This document shows positions 25,763 through 34,851 of a DNA stretch of 64,000 bases, piece after piece (position 1 is the first letter of the stretch; every line of letters starts with the position of its first letter). The stretch spans positions 320 through 64,319 of the forward strand of contig ONVK01000009.1 in the NCBI GenBank assembly GCA_900321255.1, given 5' to 3'. This DNA is from an uncultured Lentisphaerota bacterium (GTDB taxonomy: Bacteria > Verrucomicrobiota > Kiritimatiellia > RFP12 > UBA1067). The notes beneath the pieces are model-generated. The model did not search any database. It had not been told where the DNA came from and saw only the letters and a list, made by a program, of their open reading frames with translations. The position numbers and the translations under genes are program-made.

Positions 25763-28744
25763 TTAGTTTTTCCGCGATAGTCCATGCCCTGGCCTGCCAT
25801 CTCGGAGGCCGCCGAGGAGTTTCCTCAGCGATTCAAGGTTCACTGGCTTATACACTATGCCGTCGAAGCCCTTCTCGGCAAACGTCGCCTGCAGCTCCAC
25901 GTCGGCGGTGATGACGTAGACGGGGAGGGACTTGAGCTTCTCGCACGCGCGAATCGCCCTCACGAGCCCTTCGCCGTCAATCTCCGGCATCCACATGTCG
26001 GTGAGCACCACGTCGAACGGCTGCGCACCAGGCGCCTCCAACGCATCGAATGCCTTCCGCCCGTTCTCCGCCGTCACGACGTCGAAATCGCCGAGCTTCG
26101 TCAGCATCGCCTTAAGGACCATCAGGTTCATCCTCTGGTCGTCGACGATCATGATGCGGCGACGGGCGGGTGGATGAGTGGATGGGTGGGCGAGTGGGCT
26201 AGTCAGCTCCTCCGCTCCTCCACTCACAACTTCCCCGCCATCAACTCCTCCGCCGTCGCCAACGCTCGCCATCTCGGCCGAGATCTTCACGTCGGGAATC
26301 GTCACCCTGAACAGGGAGCCCCTGCCGGGCGTCGAGGCAACCGCGATCTCGCCTCCCATGGCCTTCACGAGCTGCCTGCAGAGCGCAAGGCCGATTCCTG
26401 TGCCGCCATGTCGAGCTTCCTTGGAACTCACCTTTTCGTAGGGGGTCATGATGAGTTCCATGTCTTCCCTGCCGATGCCGCAGCCGGTATCCTCCACTTC
26501 GATGCAGAGCGTGCCGGACGGAGCGGCGGACGAGCTGGCGGCCTTCCCTCCCTCGGCCTCGTCAAACTTCGCGCGGACCTCGACGAAGCCGGACTGCGTG
26601 AACTTGACGGCGTTGCTGACAAGATTGAAGAGAAGCTGCCCTATGCGCTGCGGGTCGACCATGAGCGCAGGGAGGCCTTCCGCCCTGCACCTGACCTCAA
26701 GCGATGCGTTGGCGTTTGCGGTCCTGAACGGCTCGACGATGTCCCCGATCAGCTTCGAGGCCGCGGTATGCACCGGTATGATTTCAAGGCTCCCGGACTC
26801 AAGCTTCGAGAAGTCGAGCATACGGTTCACGAGCCTTAGCAGCGTCTTCCCGCTTGAGAGGATCGAGTCCACCGCCTGATTCCTCTCGGCGTCGGTCCCG
26901 AAGCCCATCTTCATCATCTCGGAATACCCGATGATCGCGTTGAGCGGCGTCCTTATGTCGTGGCTTATCGTCGAGAAGAAGTAGCTCCTCGACTTCTCGG
27001 CGCTCTCTTCGGCCTCCAGCTTCTGCTGGAGAAGCCGCTTCTCGCGACGGCGCAGGACGTTGAAGAGGTTGATGATGATGGCGAGCGACGAGACGAGAAG
27101 AAGAAGTTCGACGAACATCTTGCCGAGCATGTCCGCGCTGACGTATTCCAGAACGCCCTTTACCATCCCCGCGTCGACAGTCTTTCCGACAAGAGCGCCG
27201 AACGCCGCCTCGGACGCGCCGCATATCGCGAGGCGGATCCACATGAGCGAGGCGAATATGATCGTGACGAGGATCCCGACCCATACGACGATGGTATGCC
27301 CGAAGCGCGAGAGCCAGTCGGCGAGGAACACATGCCTGTACTGGATAAACCCGACGAGGCACCAGACGGCGAGAACGAGATACGACTCCGCCGAAAACGT
27401 CTCGCCCGATATGTAGTTCGGCACGAGCATCAGGAGGCCGAACACCGCCGCCATGACGACGCCGGCGATCCCGAGCGCCCTCGCCGCTGCCGCGGCGCGC
27501 CCCGTATCTTTTCGGGCGACGACAAACGCCGCGGCGGAAGTATAGCCGTAGACCAGCGAGGCGCCGAGGTTCGAGACGTCCACGGGCCAGCCGGTGACCG
27601 TGCGGCCGAGAAACGGGATCGCGAACGACACGCACATCACGAAAAGCACGGCGTTGGCGGGCGTCCCGTCGCGGTTGAGCCGCCCGAACCATTTCGGGAT
27701 CGTCCCGCCCTCAGACATCGCGTACATGAGACGGCTCGAGGCGACAAAGGTGCCGAATATCCCCGTCAGCTGTGCGGCAAGCATCGCCCCGCCGATGACG
27801 GCCTTTCCCGCTGTGCCGAGCACCCTCTTCGACGCCGCGAACACCGGCATCGCGTCTATGCCGTCGAGGTTCGGGAGGTCGTCGATGTACTCGCTCCACG
27901 TCGCGTAGCCGTCCGGGAGAGAGACGACAGGCAGCAGGGCCAGCAGCAGATACACCGACGCCGAAAGCGCGATTGCCGCGAGAAGGATTCCAAACGTGCG
28001 CCGAACGGGGAATCGGAACTCGCCGGACGAATGGACGATCGCCTCGAAGCCGACGAAAGCCCACGGAACCATGGCGAGGATGTTGACGACCTGCAGAACA
28101 TGCCCGCCTTCCGGCGAGAACGCGGGGGCCATCGCCGCGAAGCCCCCCTCGTGGCGCGAAAGCGCGGCGAAGAACACCGCAGCGACCCCTGCGACGAACA
28201 CCCCGGCGAGAATCGTGTTGAGCCAGGCGGCGAGCCGCTTGCGGAAAAGGCACACGGCGCCGCAGAACGCCGTCGCGATGATGCTTGCCACGACTTCGCC
28301 GAGGTAGACGTCGAACCCGGCGAGCGAGTAGTGGAAGCCGAACTGAAGCGCATCACCGAAGAGGAAGCGCGCCCAAAGAACGATTGCCGTCGCGTTCGCC
28401 CAGAGAATCGCAACGTATGTGAGCCAGAGGAACCAGGCGAGAAGAAAACCGTGGTCCGCGCCGAACGTCTCCGTCGCGAAGGCAAAGGCTCCGCCAGGAC
28501 CGGCGACGCGCTGGAGCATCCTGTGGTAGTTGAACGCGAAGACTGCCATCGCGACCGAGCCAAGAAGGATGCCGATGACGGTTCCGGCCGGGCCCGCACC
28601 GGGGAGAAACACCGTCCCCGGCATGACAAACGACCCCCATCCCACGGCATAGCCGAAGGAAAGCGCAAGAACAGCTATCGGCGCAAGGTACGGGCCGAGC
28701 TGCGGTTTGGCAGCCCGGCCGTCGCCCGCAATGGACAGATTCAT
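25763..28744 (-). CDS. Hybrid sensor histidine kinase / response regulator with an N-terminal APC-type amino-acid-permease-like 12-14 TM domain
   Basis: Residues 1 to about 560 are polytopic and permease-like (GYAVGWGSFVMPG..., AMVPWAFVGFEAI). H-box FSTISHDIRTPLNAIIGYSEMM. HATPase EVEDTGCGIG...GGTGIGLALCRQLV. REC domain IMIVDDQRMNL...VLTDMWMPEIDG. Confidence 0.85.
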   Translation of the reverse strand: MNLSIAGDGRAAKPQLGPYLAPIAVLALSFGYAVGWGSFVMPGTVFLPGAGPAGTVIGILLGSVAMAVFAFNYHRMLQRVAGPGGAFAFATETFGADHGFLLAWFLWLTYVAILWANATAIVLWARFLFGDALQFGFHYSLAGFDVYLGEVVASIIATAFCGAVCLFRKRLAAWLNTILAGVFVAGVAAVFFAALSRHEGGFAAMAPAFSPEGGHVLQVVNILAMVPWAFVGFEAIVHSSGEFRFPVRRTFGILLAAIALSASVYLLLALLPVVSLPDGYATWSEYIDDLPNLDGIDAMPVFAASKRVLGTAGKAVIGGAMLAAQLTGIFGTFVASSRLMYAMSEGGTIPKWFGRLNRDGTPANAVLFVMCVSFAIPFLGRTVTGWPVDVSNLGASLVYGYTSAAAFVVARKDTGRAAAAARALGIAGVVMAAVFGLLMLVPNYISGETFSAESYLVLAVWCLVGFIQYRHVFLADWLSRFGHTIVVWVGILVTIIFASLMWIRLAICGASEAAFGALVGKTVDAGMVKGVLEYVSADMLGKMFVELLLLVSSLAIIINLFNVLRRREKRLLQQKLEAEESAEKSRSYFFSTISHDIRTPLNAIIGYSEMMKMGFGTDAERNQAVDSILSSGKTLLRLVNRMLDFSKLESGSLEIIPVHTAASKLIGDIVEPFRTANANASLEVRCRAEGLPALMVDPQRIGQLLFNLVSNAVKFTQSGFVEVRAKFDEAEGGKAASSSAAPSGTLCIEVEDTGCGIGREDMELIMTPYEKVSSKEARHGGTGIGLALCRQLVKAMGGEIAVASTPGRGSLFRVTIPDVKISAEMASVGDGGGVDGGEVVSGGAEELTSPLAHPSTHPPARRRIMIVDDQRMNLMVLKAMLTKLGDFDVVTAENGRKAFDALEAPGAQPFDVVLTDMWMPEIDGEGLVRAIRACEKLKSLPVYVITADVELQATFAEKGFDGIVYKPVNLESLRKLLGGLRDGRPGHGLSRKN

Positions 28745-28752
28745 ATCCGTGA

Positions 28753-28761
28753 ATTATACCA
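28753..28761 (-). promoter_or_regulatory. Extended -10 promoter TGGTATAAT placed 8 nt before the kinase ATG (leaderless candidate)
   Basis: Minus strand reads GGATTTGTGGTATAATTCACGGATATG. Confidence 0.4.
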
Positions 28762-28832
28762 CAAATCCGCTCGGAACTCCATCCGTGGAAAATTTTGCGT
28801 GCAACCGCCTTTGCGCATATTCAAGGACCCAA

Positions 28833-30488
28833 TCAAAGTGCAACGACGACTTCTACGTCTTTGCTCTTCTCGGGCGTCTTCGCGGCGACCGCTTCCTGAT
28901 GATCGTTCTCGCCGGCCTTCGTCGAGGTCGTCGGAAGATAGCGGTAGTAGACCATCAGCTGAAGCGCCGCGAGGCACGTGTCCATGTAGGGACGGGTCGA
29001 GTGCGCGTCGTTGTTCTGGTAGTACCCCTGGGCGTGCCCCTTCCCGTTGACATCCGCGACCTTCTCGGGGAGGTCGATGATCGACGCCGGGTAGAGCTTC
29101 CTCATCGCGAGATTCCACTTCACCCACGAATCGACGTCGTTCTTCGTCGCGCCCGCCTTCATGCCAGCCTGGTACTTGCACTGCGTTGCGTAGTAGCAGT
29201 AGTACTGAGGGCTCCCGCCGGGGCTCTTCGCGGCGACCTTGCCCGCCTCGAACGCGGGCATCCAGTCGCGCATCACGTCAAGCGCGTTCAGCGCCTCGGG
29301 GTCGGTGCCGTGCCCGAGGAACTGCATCGCGAGCGCACCGACGCCGGCGAGACCGGTGTTGCCGCCGTTGTTGTTTGCCGTCGGCGTGTATGTAAAGCCG
29401 CCGGACTTGGAGTATCCGCGCCGCCTGAGGCAGTTGACAGCCTTGTTGATCGCGGTCTGGAGGCCTTCATGGTGAAGACCCGCCATCTTGCCGGCCTTGA
29501 GCGCCTGAATCGCCCAGCCCGCGAAGGAGAGGTCGTCGCGCGTGGAGTTCCTGTTCAGCTTGTAGTCCCAGCCGCCGGTAGAGGACTGGTTCTCGACGAT
29601 GCGGTAGAGGCACTGCTCTGCCGCCTCCTTGCAGTTCGGGTTCTTCGTCATGCCATACGCCTCGCAGAGCGCGTAGGTCGCGATGAGGAAGCTGTATTCG
29701 TTTCCGTCCGTCCCTGTGAAGTGCGGCACGTTGTCCGCGCCAGTGTGGATGCAGCCGATCAGGTAGTCGAGCGCCATCTGCACGGTGGGCCCAAAGTCGC
29801 GCTTGTAGGGCGACGGGCTTCCTGGATATTCGCCGTGCGCGAGATACGTAAGAATCGCAAAACCGGTGTTCGCGACCTTGTTCGCGGTTCCCCAGCTGCC
29901 GTCGGTGTTCTGATGCGCCTTGAGCCACCAGAGGACCTTCATGACCGCCGCCTCGGTGTGCGGATCGCCTCCGCCGCTGTCGCGACCGCTCGTCCTTATG
30001 CCGATCGTCCCAGGATTGCGGCCGCCGTTTACGCTTTTAAAAGTCACAGGTGATTTTATGTTCATCACGGCGTCCATCGGCGCGGGCTTCACGGAGATAT
30101 CCGTCGAGCGCGTCTGGATGGGTGACGGAGGCAGCGGCGTGACGGGCGCAGGATCCGGAGTGTCGACGGTAAACTCAATGGGTTCATCCGGCAGGGGAAT
30201 CTCTTCTGGTTCCGGCACAGGCGGATCCTCGATTGGCGGCTCATCCACAATTGGATCTGCAATGTCCACGGGCGGCAATTCTGTCCTCCTCGACGAGACT
30301 GCCGTCACGACACAAAGGACTATAACGAACAGCGTAGGCACGACAATCGCCGTGAGCGGCGCGGAAAGACGCTGGAGTTCAATCCTGGCAAGTTTGTATT
30401 CCCGCGTGTCTCGAGGCATCCTGAGGCCTTTGAACATTTCACAAAGTCTTCGGAAGAAGCCTTTTTCCGTGTATTTGTCGTCGTTCAT
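28833..30488 (-). CDS. N-terminally anchored, Pro-rich-spacer protein with prenyltransferase / squalene-cyclase-like alpha/alpha-toroid repeats
   Basis: TM helix LTAIVVPTLFVIVLCVVTAV. TonB-like spacer PPIEDPPVPEPEEIPLPDEPIEF...PDPAPVTPLPPSP. Repeats KAHQNTDGSWG and IVENQSSTGGWDY. I prefer ATG 30488; the track start is 30527. Confidence 0.65.
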   Translation of the reverse strand: MNDDKYTEKGFFRRLCEMFKGLRMPRDTREYKLARIELQRLSAPLTAIVVPTLFVIVLCVVTAVSSRRTELPPVDIADPIVDEPPIEDPPVPEPEEIPLPDEPIEFTVDTPDPAPVTPLPPSPIQTRSTDISVKPAPMDAVMNIKSPVTFKSVNGGRNPGTIGIRTSGRDSGGGDPHTEAAVMKVLWWLKAHQNTDGSWGTANKVANTGFAILTYLAHGEYPGSPSPYKRDFGPTVQMALDYLIGCIHTGADNVPHFTGTDGNEYSFLIATYALCEAYGMTKNPNCKEAAEQCLYRIVENQSSTGGWDYKLNRNSTRDDLSFAGWAIQALKAGKMAGLHHEGLQTAINKAVNCLRRRGYSKSGGFTYTPTANNNGGNTGLAGVGALAMQFLGHGTDPEALNALDVMRDWMPAFEAGKVAAKSPGGSPQYYCYYATQCKYQAGMKAGATKNDVDSWVKWNLAMRKLYPASIIDLPEKVADVNGKGHAQGYYQNNDAHSTRPYMDTCLAALQLMVYYRYLPTTSTKAGENDHQEAVAAKTPEKSKDVEVVVAL

Positions 30489-30653
30489 ATTGCACCTTTC
30501 CTTTCCGGCGGTTCTTTCCCGCCGCAAGGTAAAGGTGCACCTTCCGCAGTTTTTCCGAAAAAGTTTTATGGAATTTTTTGGAGAACGCGAGCAGAAATCA
30601 GCGCGAGACCTTGGGCTACAGTATCAATAAGCCTTGACCCTTCGATCACTGGA

Positions 30654-32882
30654 TCACTGCTTTCCCGCTTTCGCCAAGTCGTCGGATACGGGGATCCACT
30701 CCAGCACACCTCCCGAGCGCACCTCCTCCGTCGTTATATACGACCGGCCCAACAAACGTCCGTTGAGCTTTGCGAGACACTTTGGCTCGGCCTCATGCGA
30801 AATGCCTGCGGCGAGAATCCTGAACGTACGTCCTGTGCAAAATCGCGGATCGAGCCGGAGAGTCACCTCCTCGAAGATCGGCGGCGTCAGATACCACCGT
30901 CCGTCTCCCGGGCAGACTGGGTGCAGTCCTATCGCCGAAAGCACATACCATGCGCTCATCTGCCCTACATCGTCGTTGCCGCAGAGTCCATGCTCGTCGT
31001 CATGGTATGCCCCGCGGCAGATTCTGCGCGTCCACTTTGCCGCGAGATCGGGCCGCCCCGCCGCCGAGAACAGGTACGGAACGTGATGCACTGGTTCATT
31101 CGCATGATTGTAGAAGTCGTTCCACATGAAATCTCCCGGCGTACGCTCGAAGAACGACTCAAGCTCGGCGACAAAACGTTCCCGTCCGCCCATGAGTCTC
31201 GCAAGGCCGTCGACATCATGCGGGACAAACCAGCCCTGCTGGTACGGATTCGACTCGACGCATCCCTGGCCGTGAGTTGTGCGACCCTTCCATTCGACCC
31301 ATGAGCCGTCCGCATTGCGCGAACGCATCCAGCCGACTTCACTGCACCAGCTGTTTGTATACGACTGCGCGTACGCGTAGAATCTGCGGGCTATTTCGTC
31401 CTTTCCAAGCATCTCGGCCATCTTGCCGACACACCAGTCGTCGTAGGCGTATTCAAGCGTACATGAAAGCGAACCGGGCGAATACCCAAGCTTCCTGTCG
31501 TTGGCCCGCTTTTCGCCTGTCCTCAGCATAAGTTCAAGGGCTTTCTCTCCGTCAAAGGTGCGAATGCCCTTCTCCCAGGCGTCGACTATGACGGGGAATG
31601 TCGGATTGCCCACCATGCAGGAAGACTTGCACCCGAATATGTCCCAAACCGGAAGCGTATCGCGGGCTCCCGACTCCATCACCGCCATCATCGAGTTCAC
31701 GGTGTCCCCCACGACATCGGGGCGCACCAGCGTCAAAAGCGGGAACTCGCTGCGGAACACATCCCATCCGCTGAACACGGTTCTATTCACGAATCGCCCG
31801 GCTCCATGAACGCCGCCCGTCACGTCTCGGTATCTGCCGTCGTGGTCAGAGATCGCGCGCGGGTCGATCATCGCATGGTAGAGCGCCGTGTCGAATATGC
31901 GGCGCTCGGTCTCGCTCCCTCCGCTCACGGCGACGCTGGACGCCACTGCCTCCCACAGCGCAACCGCCGCTGCATGCGTCGCGTCAAAGTCAAAGGCCGG
32001 GATATCCTTTGCCAGGTTCTCGCGTGCACCCTCGATGGAAACGTACGAGAAGCCAGCCTTTACAAGAAGCGGAACGGCAGATGGCGCAAACTCGGCGTAG
32101 AATCCGAGGTTGGTCCCGCACATGCAGTTCGCGGCGTCAATAGGCGACGCCCTTTCCCATGCGCCGAATGCGACAGGCTTCTCGGAAAACTCGCAGCTGT
32201 AAAACAGGGTATAGCTGACCTCTCCCGATCCCCGACCCCAGCCACCGTCTGCCGACGGACAGTAAATCTCACCCTCGACGGCAGTCGGCAGAACGCGCCG
32301 AACAGTCTGCCTCGAATGATGAAGCCAGCGCTCCCTCTGGCCAATACGCCGCCCCAAGTCGACCTGTATCCGACGCAGTGCATTTTCCGGATAGGAGATG
32401 CGCAGAATTCCAGAACGCGGTGCAGCCGTCAATTCCGTCCGGATGCCGTACCTGTCAAGTTCGACGGAGTAGTAGCCGGCCGAAGCACGCTCTCCCTCGC
32501 GCCGGAACGACGAGCATGCCTTCTCGCGGTCGAAGTTCCGCTCGCCCGTCGTCGGCATCAGCTGGAAGTTGCCGAATTCGCCGTACCAGCCAATTCCGCT
32601 CATATGCATGAAACTGAAGCCCTCGATCGTCTTGTGACGACGCGAATAGCCCGGGCCGTTGTCGCCACCCGTAATCGTGTCGGGCGAAAGCTGCACGAGA
32701 CCGAATGGCGTCGTAGCACCTGGGAATGTCTTGCCACCGCCGTGAATGCTATTGCTTTCAGGCGAGTCCGTTATCGTCCCGATAAACGGATTGACATGCA
32801 ATGGCAAGGCAACGTCTCCAGCTTTCGCTATCACGCTGAAACACGCAACGGCCACGAGAATTGTTCCGCATGTCGTTCTCAT
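30654..32882 (-). CDS. GH92 alpha-mannosidase family protein
   Basis: Signal peptide MRTTCGTILVAVACFSVIAKA. Motifs NPFIGT...GGGKTFPGATTPFGLVQLSPDT, YSPGSLSCTLEYAYDDW and YHANEPVHHVPYLF. Confidence 0.85.
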   Translation of the reverse strand: MRTTCGTILVAVACFSVIAKAGDVALPLHVNPFIGTITDSPESNSIHGGGKTFPGATTPFGLVQLSPDTITGGDNGPGYSRRHKTIEGFSFMHMSGIGWYGEFGNFQLMPTTGERNFDREKACSSFRREGERASAGYYSVELDRYGIRTELTAAPRSGILRISYPENALRRIQVDLGRRIGQRERWLHHSRQTVRRVLPTAVEGEIYCPSADGGWGRGSGEVSYTLFYSCEFSEKPVAFGAWERASPIDAANCMCGTNLGFYAEFAPSAVPLLVKAGFSYVSIEGARENLAKDIPAFDFDATHAAAVALWEAVASSVAVSGGSETERRIFDTALYHAMIDPRAISDHDGRYRDVTGGVHGAGRFVNRTVFSGWDVFRSEFPLLTLVRPDVVGDTVNSMMAVMESGARDTLPVWDIFGCKSSCMVGNPTFPVIVDAWEKGIRTFDGEKALELMLRTGEKRANDRKLGYSPGSLSCTLEYAYDDWCVGKMAEMLGKDEIARRFYAYAQSYTNSWCSEVGWMRSRNADGSWVEWKGRTTHGQGCVESNPYQQGWFVPHDVDGLARLMGGRERFVAELESFFERTPGDFMWNDFYNHANEPVHHVPYLFSAAGRPDLAAKWTRRICRGAYHDDEHGLCGNDDVGQMSAWYVLSAIGLHPVCPGDGRWYLTPPIFEEVTLRLDPRFCTGRTFRILAAGISHEAEPKCLAKLNGRLLGRSYITTEEVRSGGVLEWIPVSDDLAKAGKQ

Positions 32883-32960
32883 TTATGTCGTGCCGCTTTC
32901 ATTCTCTCCGAAATAGGAGTTAGCAATATCTCCATTTCCCATGTCGCAACCGGGTCTGCA

Positions 32961-33629
32961 TCAGCATGCACCTCGCCTGTAAAGGACGCGGAATTCTTCG
33001 TAGCCACGCGCACGGAGGCGGCAGGCGGGGCACTTGCCGCAGCCGCGTCCCGGGATGCCGTTGTAGCAGGTGAGGGTGCTGTTCTCGATAACTTCGAGGA
33101 TACCGAGCTTCGCCGCAAGGGCCCACTCCTCCGCCTTCGTCTTGTGGATGAACGGCGTCACGAACTTGACAGGCCAGTCGAGTGCAAGGCGCGTCGCCTT
33201 CTCGTGTGCGCGAATAAACGCCGCGCGGCAGTCAGGATAGCCCGAGAAGTCCGCCTCCGAAACGCCAGTCCACACCTCTTTAGCGCCAAGCGACTTCGCC
33301 CAGACGGACGCAAGCGTGAGGAAAACGGCGTTCCGCCCTTCCACGACGGTGTTGGGGCACTTCGCGCCCTTCTTCTTCTCGATTGCGACGCCCTTCGAGA
33401 GAAGCGCGTTGTCGGTGATCGAGGAATAGAACGAAAGCGGTACGCGCTTCCACAAGCCAATCTTGAATATTCCCTTGGCGAGACGGCGCGCGAACTTCGT
33501 CTCGAGCGCGTGGCGCTGGCCGTAGGCGTAGGTAATCGCGGCGACATTCTCCGCGCCGTGCTTCTTCACGGCCATCGCGAGCGCGGTCGCGGAATCCTGC
33601 CCGCCGGAAAGAACTACCACTGCCTTCAT
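32961..33629 (-). CDS. queC: 7-cyano-7-deazaguanine synthase
   Basis: MKAVVVLSGGQDSATAL (PP-loop) and C-terminal Zn cluster CYNGIPGRGCGKCPACRLR. The ATG at 33629 overlaps the maf stop (ATGA). Confidence 0.9.
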   Translation of the reverse strand: MKAVVVLSGGQDSATALAMAVKKHGAENVAAITYAYGQRHALETKFARRLAKGIFKIGLWKRVPLSFYSSITDNALLSKGVAIEKKKGAKCPNTVVEGRNAVFLTLASVWAKSLGAKEVWTGVSEADFSGYPDCRAAFIRAHEKATRLALDWPVKFVTPFIHKTKAEEWALAAKLGILEVIENSTLTCYNGIPGRGCGKCPACRLRARGYEEFRVLYRRGAC

Positions 33630-34228
33630 GCGATCCCCCATTCCTTGAGCGGCTCGACGGGGAGCCCCATTATGTTCTCATAGCTGCCAGAGTACGACTC
33701 GACGATCAAGTCGCCCGACTCGTCGATGTCGTATGCGCCCGCGCGGTCTGTCGGCCTCACGCGCGCGACGTACTCCTCTATCGTCGCCTCGGAAAGTTCG
33801 CGGAACTTGACGTCGCTGCGGACGACTTTCACTTCGCCGTCGAAAGCGACGCCCGTGAAGACTGTGTGGACGTTGCCCGCGAGCTCGCGCAGAAACTCCT
33901 TCGCCTCCTCGAGATCGCGCGGCTTGCCGTAGATGCGATTCGCGAACCACACGATCGTGTCGGCAGACAGAATGGGGAACGGGGAATGGGGAACGGGGAA
34001 CGTATCCCCCGAGCGAAGCGAGCCGCGCAAGCGGTCGCTAGAGGGGTGGGAATGGGGAACGGAGCGGGCCGCCGCGCCCTTCGCAAGCGCGTTCTCTCTG
34101 ACCGTCCGCTCGGGGTCTGCGGGGTAGGAGACTTCGGGGGCGTCCGTCTTTACGACCTCGAAATCGACGCCGAGGTCCTTAAGTATCTTCGCCCTCCGCG
34201 GGCTACCGCTTGCAAGTACGATTTTCAT
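33626..34228 (-). CDS. maf: Maf-like nucleoside-triphosphate pyrophosphatase carrying an extra ~30-aa insert
   Basis: MKIVLASGSPRRAKILKDLGV, LSADTIV...GKPRDLEEAKEFL, DRAGAYDI and ENIMGLP. The insert RSVPHSHPSSDRLRGSLRSGDTFPVPHSPFPI lies between KGAAA and LSADT. Confidence 0.8.
   Translation of the reverse strand: MKIVLASGSPRRAKILKDLGVDFEVVKTDAPEVSYPADPERTVRENALAKGAAARSVPHSHPSSDRLRGSLRSGDTFPVPHSPFPILSADTIVWFANRIYGKPRDLEEAKEFLRELAGNVHTVFTGVAFDGEVKVVRSDVKFRELSEATIEEYVARVRPTDRAGAYDIDESGDLIVESYSGSYENIMGLPVEPLKEWGIA
33971..34062. repeat. Repeat element embedded in-frame in maf (three 14-mer copies flanking a hairpin)
   Basis: AATGGGGAACGGGG occurs at 33971-33984 and 33985-33998, and a 12-nt copy at 34051-34062. 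The central hairpin AGCGAGCCGC-GCAA-GCGGTCGCT is at 34017-34039. Confidence 0.6.
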
Positions 34229-34842
34229 GAGCCAATGTAGACGAGGACAGGTTTCGTCGCGGCAAGTGTGACGCGTGCGGCGCTTGCGCGATTCAGCGTC
34301 GCGCAGTAGAGGTTCTTGAACTTCACGCCGTCAAGCGGCCATTCAAGGCCCTTCGATGTCATGCGCGTCGCGGGATCGACGGCGAACACGCTTACCGGCG
34401 TTCCCTTAGAGACGCGGAACGACGCCTTGCCGGCGACTGGGACAAAGCTGCCGAATTCCGTCACGATCTCGACGCCGAGATCGAGCGCACGGAAGACGTT
34501 GCCGAGAAGATGATCTTCGCGCTTTCCCATTGCGCCAACGACGACGAGTTTCCTGAAGCCCTTCGCGCGGCACCAGGCGACGGCCTTAGAAAGATCGTTC
34601 GTCGACTGGTCGGGAACAGTCACGATTTCAGAGCCCTCCGGGTGGTGGTCGATGGAATCCATGTCGCCGACGACTGCGAAAGGAGACTTGCCGAAGCGCC
34701 GACAGTAGGCGTCCGACGCGCCGTCGCACGCGACTACGCGCTTTGCTCCAGCGAGGATTTCCCATGCGGCGCCCCCCTTCTTCGGGAAATCGCCGTTCGC
34801 GACTATTACAGCGTCATATGGCACAGTGCCTCCTTTCCGCAC
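34225..34842 (-). CDS. thiN: Thiamine pyrophosphokinase
   Basis: VIVANGDFP, VVACDGASD, AVVGDMDSID, DQSTNDLSKA and VVVGAMGKREDH. Confidence 0.8.
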   Translation of the reverse strand: MRKGGTVPYDAVIVANGDFPKKGGAAWEILAGAKRVVACDGASDAYCRRFGKSPFAVVGDMDSIDHHPEGSEIVTVPDQSTNDLSKAVAWCRAKGFRKLVVVGAMGKREDHLLGNVFRALDLGVEIVTEFGSFVPVAGKASFRVSKGTPVSVFAVDPATRMTSKGLEWPLDGVKFKNLYCATLNRASAARVTLAATKPVLVYIGS

Positions 34843-34851
34843 GCCGGCCGA

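Noticed and set aside
26165-26205. C-rich CCCAC/CATCCAC micro-repeats encoding the His/Pro linker SPLAHPSTHPPA between the kinase and receiver domains, superficially similar to the maf insert.
   Set aside because: Short, with no hairpin core and no 14-mer identity to the maf element. It is consistent with an ordinary low-complexity interdomain linker.
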